64,000 nucleotides of DNA from an uncultured Clostridia bacterium (GCA_947176265.1 CAMWQA010000001.1:11772-75771), one strand, 5' to 3'; shown: positions 55,266 to 63,510, numbered from the stretch's first letter. The notes: a model not told the origin generated them from the letters alone. Made by a program: numbers and translations.

Positions 55266-56267
55266 CTAACTTTCTTCGACGTTATCGTTTTTGCTTATCA
55301 CTTCGCTTTGTTCGGAGTTGCCGACTTCCGCGCTTGCAATGCCGTCGCTCGCAACTCTTGCTCTTTGCTTGTATACCACTTCATTCATAAATGCTTTTGA
55401 CGAGAAGAGTAACATACCTACTGCGAGTACTATTGCGATATCCACGAATACGAAAGAGTTGTACCCAAGGCTATATATGTAGATATTCTGTCCTGCGTCG
55501 TGCGCGTACGCTCCGAATGCGCATACGCCCGAGAGAAAGTGCGCCATAAATCTCAATACGCTTGCCATAATGCCGCCCAGCAACAAAGATACTTGCGGAA
55601 GTTTTTTGAACACGTAAAATTTTGCAAACGCTCCGCTTAGTCCAATTGCAGAAAAGGCGATTGGGTAATCTAGCAAGAATTGCACGGGATGAATAATGTA
55701 CGGGTCTTGAATTGCTTGCAATACGCCGTATATTAAACCTACAAGCAAGCCTTTCTTCACTCCGAAGATATAAGAGAAAAGCATAAGCGGAAGTAGGGAA
55801 GCAAGCGTTACGCTTCCTCCTTGCGGTAATTTAAACAGTCTAACGTAAGACAATGCAAAGCTCATTGCAATGCAGACTGCGCCAAACGCAACGGAGCGAG
55901 AATCAAATTTAAAATTCTCTTTTCTGCCAAGCAAGAAGGTCAAGCCTATTACCGCGCCTATCAATACGACTGCGCTTATATAAAGAGGCGCGTTCTTGAA
56001 GTAAGGGGAGTAGTACCCGTCATTTTTGATATTGTCGACGTAATACTTGCCAATGAGCGAAATGCACACGATCGTGGCAACAATGCAAAGTCCTATGGCA
56101 ACGTAGATACATATACCGATAGTCTTTGGGGCGCGCTTACGCAAATACATTAAAAACATAAATGCAAAAAGCGCAATGAATAGTGCAAAGATAGGCCAGA
56201 AGAGTAGATCGGGCAATTCGTCGCCGCTCGACGTCTTGACAGCCATCAATACAAAGAGGTTGTTCAT
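55266..56267 (-). CDS. thiT: Thiamine transporter ThiT-like ECF S-component, with N- and C-terminal extensions
   Basis: The core GGSVTLASLLPLMLFSYIFGVKKGLLVGLIYGVLQ...HPVQFLLDYPIAF resembles the ThiT/YuaJ family. A TPP riboswitch lies upstream. At 333 aa it is long for an S-component. Confidence 0.7.
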   Translation of the reverse strand: MNNLFVLMAVKTSSGDELPDLLFWPIFALFIALFAFMFLMYLRKRAPKTIGICIYVAIGLCIVATIVCISLIGKYYVDNIKNDGYYSPYFKNAPLYISAVVLIGAVIGLTFLLGRKENFKFDSRSVAFGAVCIAMSFALSYVRLFKLPQGGSVTLASLLPLMLFSYIFGVKKGLLVGLIYGVLQAIQDPYIIHPVQFLLDYPIAFSAIGLSGAFAKFYVFKKLPQVSLLLGGIMASVLRFMAHFLSGVCAFGAYAHDAGQNIYIYSLGYNSFVFVDIAIVLAVGMLLFSSKAFMNEVVYKQRARVASDGIASAEVGNSEQSEVISKNDNVEES

Positions 56268-56296
56268 TTTTGTCTCCTTTTCCGCCGACGAATGAA

Positions 56297-56420
56297 ATAA
56301 AAAGACGTCCCATTAAAAGTGGGGCGCCTATATACTTCCTGCGTTTTACGCTCTTTCGTTCAAGTATTACCTTGTCCGATTCAAGTGGTATAATCTCAGC
56401 CTTTTACAGCACCCACGGCG
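56297..56420 (-). promoter_or_regulatory. TPP (THI-box) riboswitch with a terminator expression platform
   Basis: Minus strand reads GGGTGC...GCTGAGAttatACCActTGAAtCgGAcaaGGTAATActtgaacGAAAGA, then GGCGCCCCActtttaaTGGGACGTC + TTTTTAT. A promoter-like TTGACA sits at 56471-56466. Confidence 0.75.
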
Positions 56421-56493
56421 AATATTTATTTTTTATATATTGAATATATAATATATATTTTAATTTGTCAAATGTTTTTATATATTTTATCAA

Positions 56494-56522
56494 TAAAAAC
56501 GAGTCGCAGTAATCTGCGACTC
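56494..56522 (-). terminator. Intrinsic terminator of the 697-aa lipoprotein gene
   Basis: Minus strand reads GAGTCGCAGattaCTGCGACTC followed by GTTTTTATTG. Confidence 0.75.
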
Positions 56523-56549
56523 GCCGTGTTGTTTTAGCTAAGCTAAATA

Positions 56550-58643
56550 TTAAGCGTTAGCGTCACTAGCATTACCAATCTTGAATTGATTAAATTTGAA
56601 AACTACATCTATTGGGAATGCAATGCCGCCGCCGAAATCAACTGTTTGAGCTTCGCCTGTAAGCGAAGTAGCAGATTTAGCAGTAACGGTTATGCCGTTC
56701 TTGTTTGCCTCGATTTTAGCAGAGACGTTCAATCTTCCTGCGTTGCTGCCAGCTGCTGCCTTACCAGCGTTTGCTGCGTTGATTATAATGTTCTTGATAG
56801 AAGCTTGGAGTACGATACCCGTCTTGTCAGCTACTACGGTTGCGTCCAATGTGGTGTCGCCCAAATCTACTTCTTTTTGCTTGCCGGTCTTCTCGTCGAT
56901 AACTTCAACTTCAACGTCTTCGCCTTTCTCGTTTTTCTGAGTCTCAGTTGCTTTCCAAATGTTGCTAGCTACAGAGTAGTTCTTGAAGTCTACGTCAGCC
57001 AACTTGCCGTCGCAGTTTACGAGGATGGTCAAGTTCTTGATGATTGGAGCAAGAGTCTTCATTAATTTTTGAATATCTATGCCGTCTTTTTTGTCGTCGC
57101 CGGAAGGAGCGCCTGAAAGATCGCCAGATACGTTACCCGATACGTTACCGGATGCATTACCGCTACCTATTTCAGGTTTTGCTTCTTCCTTAGGAAGGAA
57201 TCCCTTGACTATGTCAATAACGCGGCCAAGTTTAACAGTACCGCTTGGGAACATTGCGCCGAGGTCGCCCAACAATGCAAGGTTTGTCAAGTTAACGTTC
57301 AAGTCAACGGTGGTTTCACTTGTATAGATTTTCTTGAGCGAAATGATAAGTTGCTTATCTTCATCTTCTGGATGATCTTTATCCTTAATTTCAATGCTGA
57401 GATAGTCAACTACGTTTGTCAAGATTTTGCTAATCAACGACAATGTCTCGTCAGTATTCTTTGATTTAAAGCTCGTTCCGAGAAGTCCAACAGGGTTGAG
57501 GTCAGCGGCAATATTAACTGTGTAAGTGCCGGTAGGTATACCAAGCTTCTTTTCGCCATTGAGATTCAACGTAACTTCAATAGGTTTCTTAACTTCAAGT
57601 TCGCCGCCTGCAGTGAAGTTGATTGCGTTGATAGCCTTATAAGATGCTGCAGAACCAATTATATATGGTACGGTTACGTCTCCGCCGAATTTGAAATCAA
57701 GACCGAGTCCCAATTCGGTATTCTTATCCAAATTGATACGTACGAAATTAGTTTCGTCAGTTCTTGTTAACTTAAGATCTTTGGTGCCCAAGTTGAGTTT
57801 AGCGTCAACGCCCATGAATTTTGCGTCTTCAAATTTGTCTTTTTCTGCGCCATCCATCTTGAAGTGGAGATCAAGCGTCAAAGATGGGAGAAGGGTCTTG
57901 ATGTCGCTAGTCTTCAAAGCAAGACCAAGTTGTCCGGTGTACTCTTCGATCTCCAAGCCTTCCAACAAATCGTTTGCGTTTTCCAAGACTTGTGCAAGAT
58001 TGAGTCGGAAGAGAACTTCTTTTTTGTCATTTGATTGCCAGGTTTTGCCAAGGCTGAAAACGGTTTGCATCTTCTCAAGCGCGTCGCCAAGTGCGTCGAG
58101 TACGTCGTTGGTAACGCTTTCGTCATCGACAACTACGTTCTCACTCTTCATGACAGACTTGATGCTCAAAGCGTCAACTGCAAATTTTTGTTTGCCAAGG
58201 TCAAGGAAGAGAGTGCCTTCGCCTGTCTTGTAGCCTTCTTCTGTAGACTCGTCAGGTCGTTCAGTGTAATATACGTTCAAAATGTTTGCGTTGTTAGCTT
58301 TTGCGTCAACGATGGACAAGCCAAACGTGGTCTTGTTAGCGTCGTCAGCTTTCAAAGCAACGTTAGCGCCGAATTTAATGCGATAGTCGCATGCCGCGTC
58401 GCCGTACTTAGCAGCTACTCTAAGCTCTGCGCCCATTTTGATCGAGCTTACATCCTTACCATCTGAAGTGTTGTAGATAGCATCGTTTAATGCTTCCGAT
58501 AGTGGTGTCGCCATTTTACTGTATCCCGCAGGTGGGGTGTCTTTGTCTTCGTCTTTTGGACCGCAACCTACCAAAGCGGTAAGAGCAAGAGTAAGAACCA
58601 TCACAAGGATCAACAAAGAAATGACTAGTTTCTTCTTGTTCAT
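56550..58643 (-). CDS. Large lipoprotein of unknown function
   Basis: MNKKKLVISLLILVMVLTLALTALVGC contains a lipobox. Strong SD (TAGGAGG). Internal GSGNASGNVSGNVSGDLSG linker. I recognise no family motif. Confidence 0.6.
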   Translation of the reverse strand: MNKKKLVISLLILVMVLTLALTALVGCGPKDEDKDTPPAGYSKMATPLSEALNDAIYNTSDGKDVSSIKMGAELRVAAKYGDAACDYRIKFGANVALKADDANKTTFGLSIVDAKANNANILNVYYTERPDESTEEGYKTGEGTLFLDLGKQKFAVDALSIKSVMKSENVVVDDESVTNDVLDALGDALEKMQTVFSLGKTWQSNDKKEVLFRLNLAQVLENANDLLEGLEIEEYTGQLGLALKTSDIKTLLPSLTLDLHFKMDGAEKDKFEDAKFMGVDAKLNLGTKDLKLTRTDETNFVRINLDKNTELGLGLDFKFGGDVTVPYIIGSAASYKAINAINFTAGGELEVKKPIEVTLNLNGEKKLGIPTGTYTVNIAADLNPVGLLGTSFKSKNTDETLSLISKILTNVVDYLSIEIKDKDHPEDEDKQLIISLKKIYTSETTVDLNVNLTNLALLGDLGAMFPSGTVKLGRVIDIVKGFLPKEEAKPEIGSGNASGNVSGNVSGDLSGAPSGDDKKDGIDIQKLMKTLAPIIKNLTILVNCDGKLADVDFKNYSVASNIWKATETQKNEKGEDVEVEVIDEKTGKQKEVDLGDTTLDATVVADKTGIVLQASIKNIIINAANAGKAAAGSNAGRLNVSAKIEANKNGITVTAKSATSLTGEAQTVDFGGGIAFPIDVVFKFNQFKIGNASDANA

Positions 58644-58768
58644 AATAACCTCCTAAGTTATTTTAATTTTTTATTAGTTTTATTATAGGTTAAAAAATAT
58701 TTTATGTCAATAGAATTTTTAAAGTTTTCGAGGCTTTTTTGCCAAAATCAAAAGCGCGTTCAAATTTA

Positions 58769-58797
58769 TTGAAAATTTAATTTTTATATGTTATAAT
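58769..58797 (+). promoter_or_regulatory. Promoter of the Cys-rich XRE-like gene
   Basis: TTGAAA(58769-58774)-17 nt-TATAAT(58792-58797), with a TGt extended -10. Confidence 0.55.
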
Positions 58798-58824
58798 ATC
58801 ATTACAAAACTTTGGAGCGGAACT

Positions 58825-59172
58825 ATGAAACAATTTTGCGGAAGAACAATTGATTGGGTTAAGACGGGCAAAAACCTTGAGTATTTGAGAAGACATAACG
58901 TCAAACTTATTAAGAACGTTTGCGCTTATTGCAGAAGTCAAGAAGACAGCAAGACTTATTGCGAAGGCGGAGCAAAGTGCGAGACCTGCACGTTTGAGAT
59001 GGACAATCACATCTCGCGCAGCGAACTTGCCCGCGCGGTTGTGGGCTGGTCTGATTCTCAGATAGCCAATTGGGAAGACGCAAGGTCGGTTATCTCTATT
59101 GAAGACCTTTACGTGTACTGCCAACTCTGCGACATAACACTCGAAGATATTATTGTATTCGACTCAAAGTGA
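58825..59172 (+). CDS. XRE-like HTH protein with an inserted Cys-rich (zinc-ribbon-like) segment
   Basis: ISRSELARAVVGWSDSQIANWEDARSVISIEDLYVYCQLCDITLEDII is HTH_3-like. It is preceded by CAYC-x9-C-x5-C-x2-C. SD GGAG. Confidence 0.55.
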   Translation: MKQFCGRTIDWVKTGKNLEYLRRHNVKLIKNVCAYCRSQEDSKTYCEGGAKCETCTFEMDNHISRSELARAVVGWSDSQIANWEDARSVISIEDLYVYCQLCDITLEDIIVFDSK

Positions 59173-59318
59173 GGTGTCGTAATTTTATACGGCAATAACG
59201 CTCCCTATACTTCTTCAAACTCACTTGTCGTACGGCAAGTACGACTGCATTCGTTTTCATTGTCTGGAAATCGTTCTTGCTCGTAAAATTCTTACGCCAC
59301 TCACTTCTCGTCGAACGT
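59164..59318 (+). repeat. Family-2 palindromic element, copy c
   Basis: Apex GTCGTACggcaaGTACGAC (59227-59245). The outer arms 59164-59192 and 59288-59318 are partially complementary by eye. Confidence 0.55.
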
Positions 59319-59376
59319 AGAGTGGATTTTTATTCTATCGATACCGGCAACTTTGCATGTTTTTAAAATGTTTAAT

Positions 59377-59390
59377 GTCATTCTGAGCGC
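59377..59390 (+). repeat. Family-1 repeat, 5' half only (copy f), overlapping the MFS stop codon
   Basis: GTCATTCTGAGCGC. On the minus strand it encodes ...KRSE* of the MFS gene. Confidence 0.6.
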
Positions 59391-60598
59391 TTTATTTCAT
59401 TTAGCATTTTTAAATTTTCACTTTTATCCGCTTTCATCAATACAAACGAAGCGATGACAAATATTATCACGAATACGGTAGCGGTTGCTATTCCGCCTTT
59501 AAGTCCTAGCGACGACGCGTCGGACACGTATCCGACTATACTTGGACCTAGCGTACAGCCGATATCTCCTCCCAAAGCAAGCAAGGCAAACATAGCCGTT
59601 CCGCCTTGCGGGATATTTTTGGACGCGACATCCAAAGTGCCCGGCCAAGTAATGCTGACGGTAAGTCCGCATAGCGCGCAGGCTATCAGACAGAGCAGAG
59701 GAGAATTGCTTGCGACTGCCGTAATATAACATATTAGACAGCCGATTCCTGCAATCGGCAATATTCTTTTGAGATGAATTTTATACCCAAAAAGTCCATA
59801 AAATAATCTACCCAATCCCATAAGCAGAGCAAAGCTGAAAGGTCCTACTAAATCTCCCATAGACTTATTTAAATTCAATCCTTTTTCCGCAAAATACGAC
59901 ACCCATTGGCTTATGGCTTGTTCGCATGCTCCGGCGCACAGTATCAATATCAAAAAGAGATAAAACATTTTATTTTTTATCAAACCCTTTAGACCTATGC
60001 TTTCGCCTCTCTGTTCGTTGAGAGTGGTGCAGGGCACGAAGAAAAAGAAAATGCCGTTAGCTATGGGTATAATTGCAAGTACAAACGCTAAATATCGCCA
60101 TTGCGTCTTGTCAAACGCAAGAAAGTACAGCACTGTTATCAATACTGTTAATAGGTATCCAAAACAGTAAAATGAGTGCAAAAGCGGTAGTTTTCCCTCT
60201 TTTTGATTGGGTATTGCCTCTACTATCGGGGAAGTGATAACTTCCAACAATCCGCCTCCCATTGCCATAATTACGATAGCAATTATCAATCCGGTATACG
60301 GGGGAAAAATATATGGCAGTACTCCCATAAGAATTGCGCCCGTAGCCACGAAAGCGTGCGACAATATCATAGTAGTGCGGTAGCCTATTTTGTCTATAAT
60401 TTTTGCGCTCAAAGCGTCCATCAAAAGCTGTACTATAAACGTCAGCGTAATAAGCGCGGTCAGCCCCGTGATAGATATAGAAAATTCGTCTTGGAAGCTT
60501 ACGAACAACAGCGGAGGAAGATTGACTTCAAAGGCTTGAATTGCGCCGGCGACGCAACAAGAATTAAAGGTGTGTTTGTAGTTTTTCAGTCTTTTCAT
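59378..60598 (-). CDS. MFS transporter
   Basis: 406 aa, ~12 TM segments, typical MFS loop pattern. The start has no clear SD. Confidence 0.8.
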   Translation of the reverse strand: MKRLKNYKHTFNSCCVAGAIQAFEVNLPPLLFVSFQDEFSISITGLTALITLTFIVQLLMDALSAKIIDKIGYRTTMILSHAFVATGAILMGVLPYIFPPYTGLIIAIVIMAMGGGLLEVITSPIVEAIPNQKEGKLPLLHSFYCFGYLLTVLITVLYFLAFDKTQWRYLAFVLAIIPIANGIFFFFVPCTTLNEQRGESIGLKGLIKNKMFYLFLILILCAGACEQAISQWVSYFAEKGLNLNKSMGDLVGPFSFALLMGLGRLFYGLFGYKIHLKRILPIAGIGCLICYITAVASNSPLLCLIACALCGLTVSITWPGTLDVASKNIPQGGTAMFALLALGGDIGCTLGPSIVGYVSDASSLGLKGGIATATVFVIIFVIASFVLMKADKSENLKMLNEIKRSE

Positions 60599-60691
60599 TA
60601 TATATGTATTTCTCTTAGTAAGCAGAATTTTTGACTTGCCGTCGCTTTATATTATGTAAAACATTTATTAGTTAGTTACATTATGCGGATT

Positions 60692-60850
60692 GAGATTTCT
60701 CTACTTTGCTTTAACAAGTTTTTGGCGAGTGCGGAGAGTGGTGCAGATTTTGTATTAGCAAGAGCGACCGAGCGGTGAGCGTACTTGCCGTACGTGACCC
60801 CGAGGTCGACTCGCAGATCAGGCAAAAGGTGTGCCGCAATACGCACTCGG
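60692..60850 (-). repeat. Composite 3'-flank element (family-2 core plus a family-1-like end), copy b
   Basis: The reverse complement of 60768-60805 matches 19626-19663 at 36/38 nt. The element begins right after the SDR stop and ends in GAGAAATCTC (60692-60701, reverse complement). Confidence 0.75.
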
Positions 60851-61582
60851 TCATATCACTAGTCCGCCATTAATAGATATGACTTGTCCTGTGACGTAAC
60901 CCGCCTTCTCACTCGTCAGCCATATCACTGCGTCTGCCACGTCTTGAGGCGTACCCGCGCGCCCCAGTGGAATATCCGCAATTAACGCGTCTTTTTCTTC
61001 TTGAGTAAGATTGTTATTTATTTCCGTATCAATAAAGCCCGGGGCAACGCAGTTGACGCGCACTCCGCATAGGGCGAGTTCTTTTGCAAGAGCTTTTGAG
61101 AATGATATAATACCGCCTTTGGTTGCCGAATAGACGCTTTCGCAACTTCCGCCTACCTGTCCCCACATAGACGATACAGTGACTATATTGCCGCTTTTTT
61201 GCGAGAGCATTACTTTGCTTGCTTCTTTGCAAAGAGTAATACAGCCGACGAGATTTGTATTTATTACTTTGGCTATGGTCTCGTCTGAGTGGTCAATGAG
61301 CATACCGTACGCGCCTATACCTGCGTTTGCGACTACGACGTCGACGGTGGAGTATTTTGTCTTGACGTATTCTACCATTGCCTTAACTTGGCTTGGCTTG
61401 CTTGCGTCGCATTGGTACGCTTGCGCAATACCGCCGTCATTGATTATCAAGTCGCATACTTCCTGCGCCTTGTCTTTGTTGTCGCAATATCCGACTATTA
61501 CCGCATAACCCTCTTTTGCGAGAGATATTGCTATAGCCCTGCCGATTCCTCTTGATGCTCCCGATATAATTGCAGTTTTCAT
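60851..61582 (-). CDS. SDR-family oxidoreductase (FabG-like)
   Basis: SGASRGIGRAIA, NAG and YSATKGG (YxxxK) motifs. Confidence 0.85.
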   Translation of the reverse strand: MKTAIISGASRGIGRAIAISLAKEGYAVIVGYCDNKDKAQEVCDLIINDGGIAQAYQCDASKPSQVKAMVEYVKTKYSTVDVVVANAGIGAYGMLIDHSDETIAKVINTNLVGCITLCKEASKVMLSQKSGNIVTVSSMWGQVGGSCESVYSATKGGIISFSKALAKELALCGVRVNCVAPGFIDTEINNNLTQEEKDALIADIPLGRAGTPQDVADAVIWLTSEKAGYVTGQVISINGGLVI

Positions 61583-61588
61583 ACAACT

Positions 61589-61617
61589 ATTATATCCAAT
61601 CGGTTGAAGAAAATCAA
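61589..61617 (-). promoter_or_regulatory. Promoter placed for a leaderless SDR mRNA
   Basis: Minus strand reads TTGATT(61617-61612)-17 nt-TATAAT(61594-61589)-AGTTGT-ATG(61582), with no SD. Confidence 0.55.
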
Positions 61618-61632
61618 CTTTTGTTGTATACT
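61604..61632 (+). promoter_or_regulatory. Promoter placed for a leaderless DEAD-box helicase mRNA
   Basis: TTGAAG(61604-61609)-17 nt-TATACT(61627-61632)-TGAGCT-ATG(61639), with no SD. Overlaps the divergent SDR promoter. Confidence 0.55.
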
Positions 61633-61638
61633 TGAGCT

Positions 61639-63312
61639 ATGGAAAATAATAAAGAAATGATAAGTTCGTTCCAAAGTTTTGGATTGAACGCCGAAATTAT
61701 AAAGAGTCTTGACGAACAAGGCATCACGCTTCCCACGGATATACAGAGGGAAGTGATTCCATTTGCGCTTCAAGACGGAGACGTAGTAGCTCAAGCGCCT
61801 ACTGGCACGGGCAAGACGCTTGCGTTCGTATTGCCTATGCTTGCAAAGATAGACAGAGACGCTTCATGCGTACAGGCGATCGTGCTTTGTCCTACCAGAG
61901 AACTCGTAATCCAGATTTGCGAAGTAATTCAAAACGCTTGCAAGTATTACGAGCGTGTGCGAGTCGCAGGGCTTTACGGCGGACAGAATATTCAAAGACA
62001 GCTCTTTTGTCTTCGCAAAAAACCTCAAATCGTCGTAGGTACTCCCGGCAGACTGCTCGATCATATCGACAGACGCACATTGAAATTGAACGACGTCAAT
62101 TACCTAGTGCTTGACGAGTGCGACGAAATGCTAGATATGGGATTTAGAGGGGATATAGAAAAGATAGACGGCAAAGTGAGCGAGGCTCAAAGACTTTGTT
62201 TTTCTGCGACCATACCGCAATCTATCAAGTCTCTTATCGAGAAACTTTTGCGCAATCCCACCTTTGTCAAGACGTCGGTCGACGGCGAAGATACCCCCAA
62301 GATTGAGCAGTATTATTGCGTAGTCAAGGACGCTCAGCGTCTTGGCGCAATGCTCAAGATTATCGACGGCAACAAATACGATTTCGTCATCGCATTTTGC
62401 AATACCAAGACGAGAGCGGACAAACTTTTCTCCGCGCTCAAATCAAAGGGAAGAGAAGTTGCGCTTTTGCACGGCGACTTGCGACAGAGCGAGCGCACGC
62501 AGATATTAAAGAGGTTCAAAGCAAAAGAGCTTAAAATACTCGTTGCCACCGACGTTGCGTCGCGCGGCCTTGATATTGACGGAGTACAGGCGATAATCAA
62601 TTTCGATCCGCCGACGGACGAAGATTTTTACGTGCACCGCATAGGCAGGACTGCAAGGGCAAACAAAGAAGGCGTGGCTTATACTCTCATTGACAGTTCT
62701 CAAGTGGGATATATTCCCTCGTATCAACGCAAAGTGGACAACGCGCTTAAATATATGGATATAGGCGTCATTTCCGACAGCTTTACTATGCCTAAAGACG
62801 GATCTAATAAACTCAAAGATTTTCACGACAACCAAAGCAGATTTTTCCTCAACGTAGGCAAACGCGACTTGCTTGACAAAGACAGTCTTACCAAGTTGCT
62901 TTTGACGTATACGCCGTTAAAAATATACGAGATTGCCGACCTTAAAATTAGAGATACATACGCATTCGTATCGGTTATCAAAGGTTGCGAGAGCAAACTG
63001 TTTAAACTCAAAGGCGTGGTCCTCGGCAAAAGACAAGTTGCAATCCAAGAGGCGCGAGAGGAAGAAAAACCGCAAAAACAAAACGCGCCTTTGCAAAAGA
63101 AGAGCGAGAGCAAGTCGGCAAAAGGCAAAACAGGCAAAAATATCGATGGTAAAAAATACGCGCCAAAAGATAAATCGCCAAAGTCCAAAAACAATAATTC
63201 AAAGAGTAAGCCGCATACGCAATCCAATAAAAGCCGACTTACGCAAATGTTTGAAGACGAGTTAAACTATTCAGCAAAGTACTCTCAAAAGAGTGGCAAG
63301 AAGAAAAAGTGA
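61639..63312 (+). CDS. DEAD-box ATP-dependent RNA helicase with a DbpA-like RNA-binding domain and a long Lys-rich tail
   Basis: Q-motif region, AQAPTGTGKT, DECD, SAT and HRIGRTAR motifs. The C-terminus has RFFLNVGKRD...AFVSV, which is DbpA-like. Confidence 0.9.
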   Translation: MENNKEMISSFQSFGLNAEIIKSLDEQGITLPTDIQREVIPFALQDGDVVAQAPTGTGKTLAFVLPMLAKIDRDASCVQAIVLCPTRELVIQICEVIQNACKYYERVRVAGLYGGQNIQRQLFCLRKKPQIVVGTPGRLLDHIDRRTLKLNDVNYLVLDECDEMLDMGFRGDIEKIDGKVSEAQRLCFSATIPQSIKSLIEKLLRNPTFVKTSVDGEDTPKIEQYYCVVKDAQRLGAMLKIIDGNKYDFVIAFCNTKTRADKLFSALKSKGREVALLHGDLRQSERTQILKRFKAKELKILVATDVASRGLDIDGVQAIINFDPPTDEDFYVHRIGRTARANKEGVAYTLIDSSQVGYIPSYQRKVDNALKYMDIGVISDSFTMPKDGSNKLKDFHDNQSRFFLNVGKRDLLDKDSLTKLLLTYTPLKIYEIADLKIRDTYAFVSVIKGCESKLFKLKGVVLGKRQVAIQEAREEEKPQKQNAPLQKKSESKSAKGKTGKNIDGKKYAPKDKSPKSKNNNSKSKPHTQSNKSRLTQMFEDELNYSAKYSQKSGKKKK

Positions 63313-63469
63313 GATTATTGCTGAGCAACAGTGATAATATAATAAGTGGACGAGCAGTCCTCTGCGCGGACAGTTATATTTTTGCCTATGGCAAAAGTTA
63401 TATTGCCACTGCGTGGCAGTTATATACGCCTTCGGCGAGTTATATCGTCGCTATGCGACGGTTAAGGAT
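63308..63469 (+). repeat. Mini-hairpin array C (AGTTATAT orientation)
   Basis: AGTGAGATT (contains the helicase stop TGA); TTGCtgaGCAA; GGACgagcaGTCC/GTCCtctgcgcGGAC; TTTGCCtatGGCAAA; GCCACtgcGTGGC; CGCCttcGGCG; CGTCGCtatGCGACG. From the third hairpin through the sixth, each is followed by AGTTATAT(T). Confidence 0.85.
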
Positions 63470-63484
63470 ACTTTATTAAGATTA

Positions 63485-63510
63485 GATTCTTCGACTTCGC
63501 TCAGAATGAC
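63485..63510 (-). repeat. Family-1 dispersed repeat, copy g
   Basis: The reverse complement reads GTCATTCTgagcgaagtcgaAGAATC. Confidence 0.75.

Noticed and set aside
58777-59124. 115-aa minus-strand ORF exactly antisense to the Cys-rich XRE-like ORF
   Set aside because: The plus-strand ORF has a near-consensus promoter, an SD and an HTH-like C-terminal domain. The minus-strand ORF has none of these.
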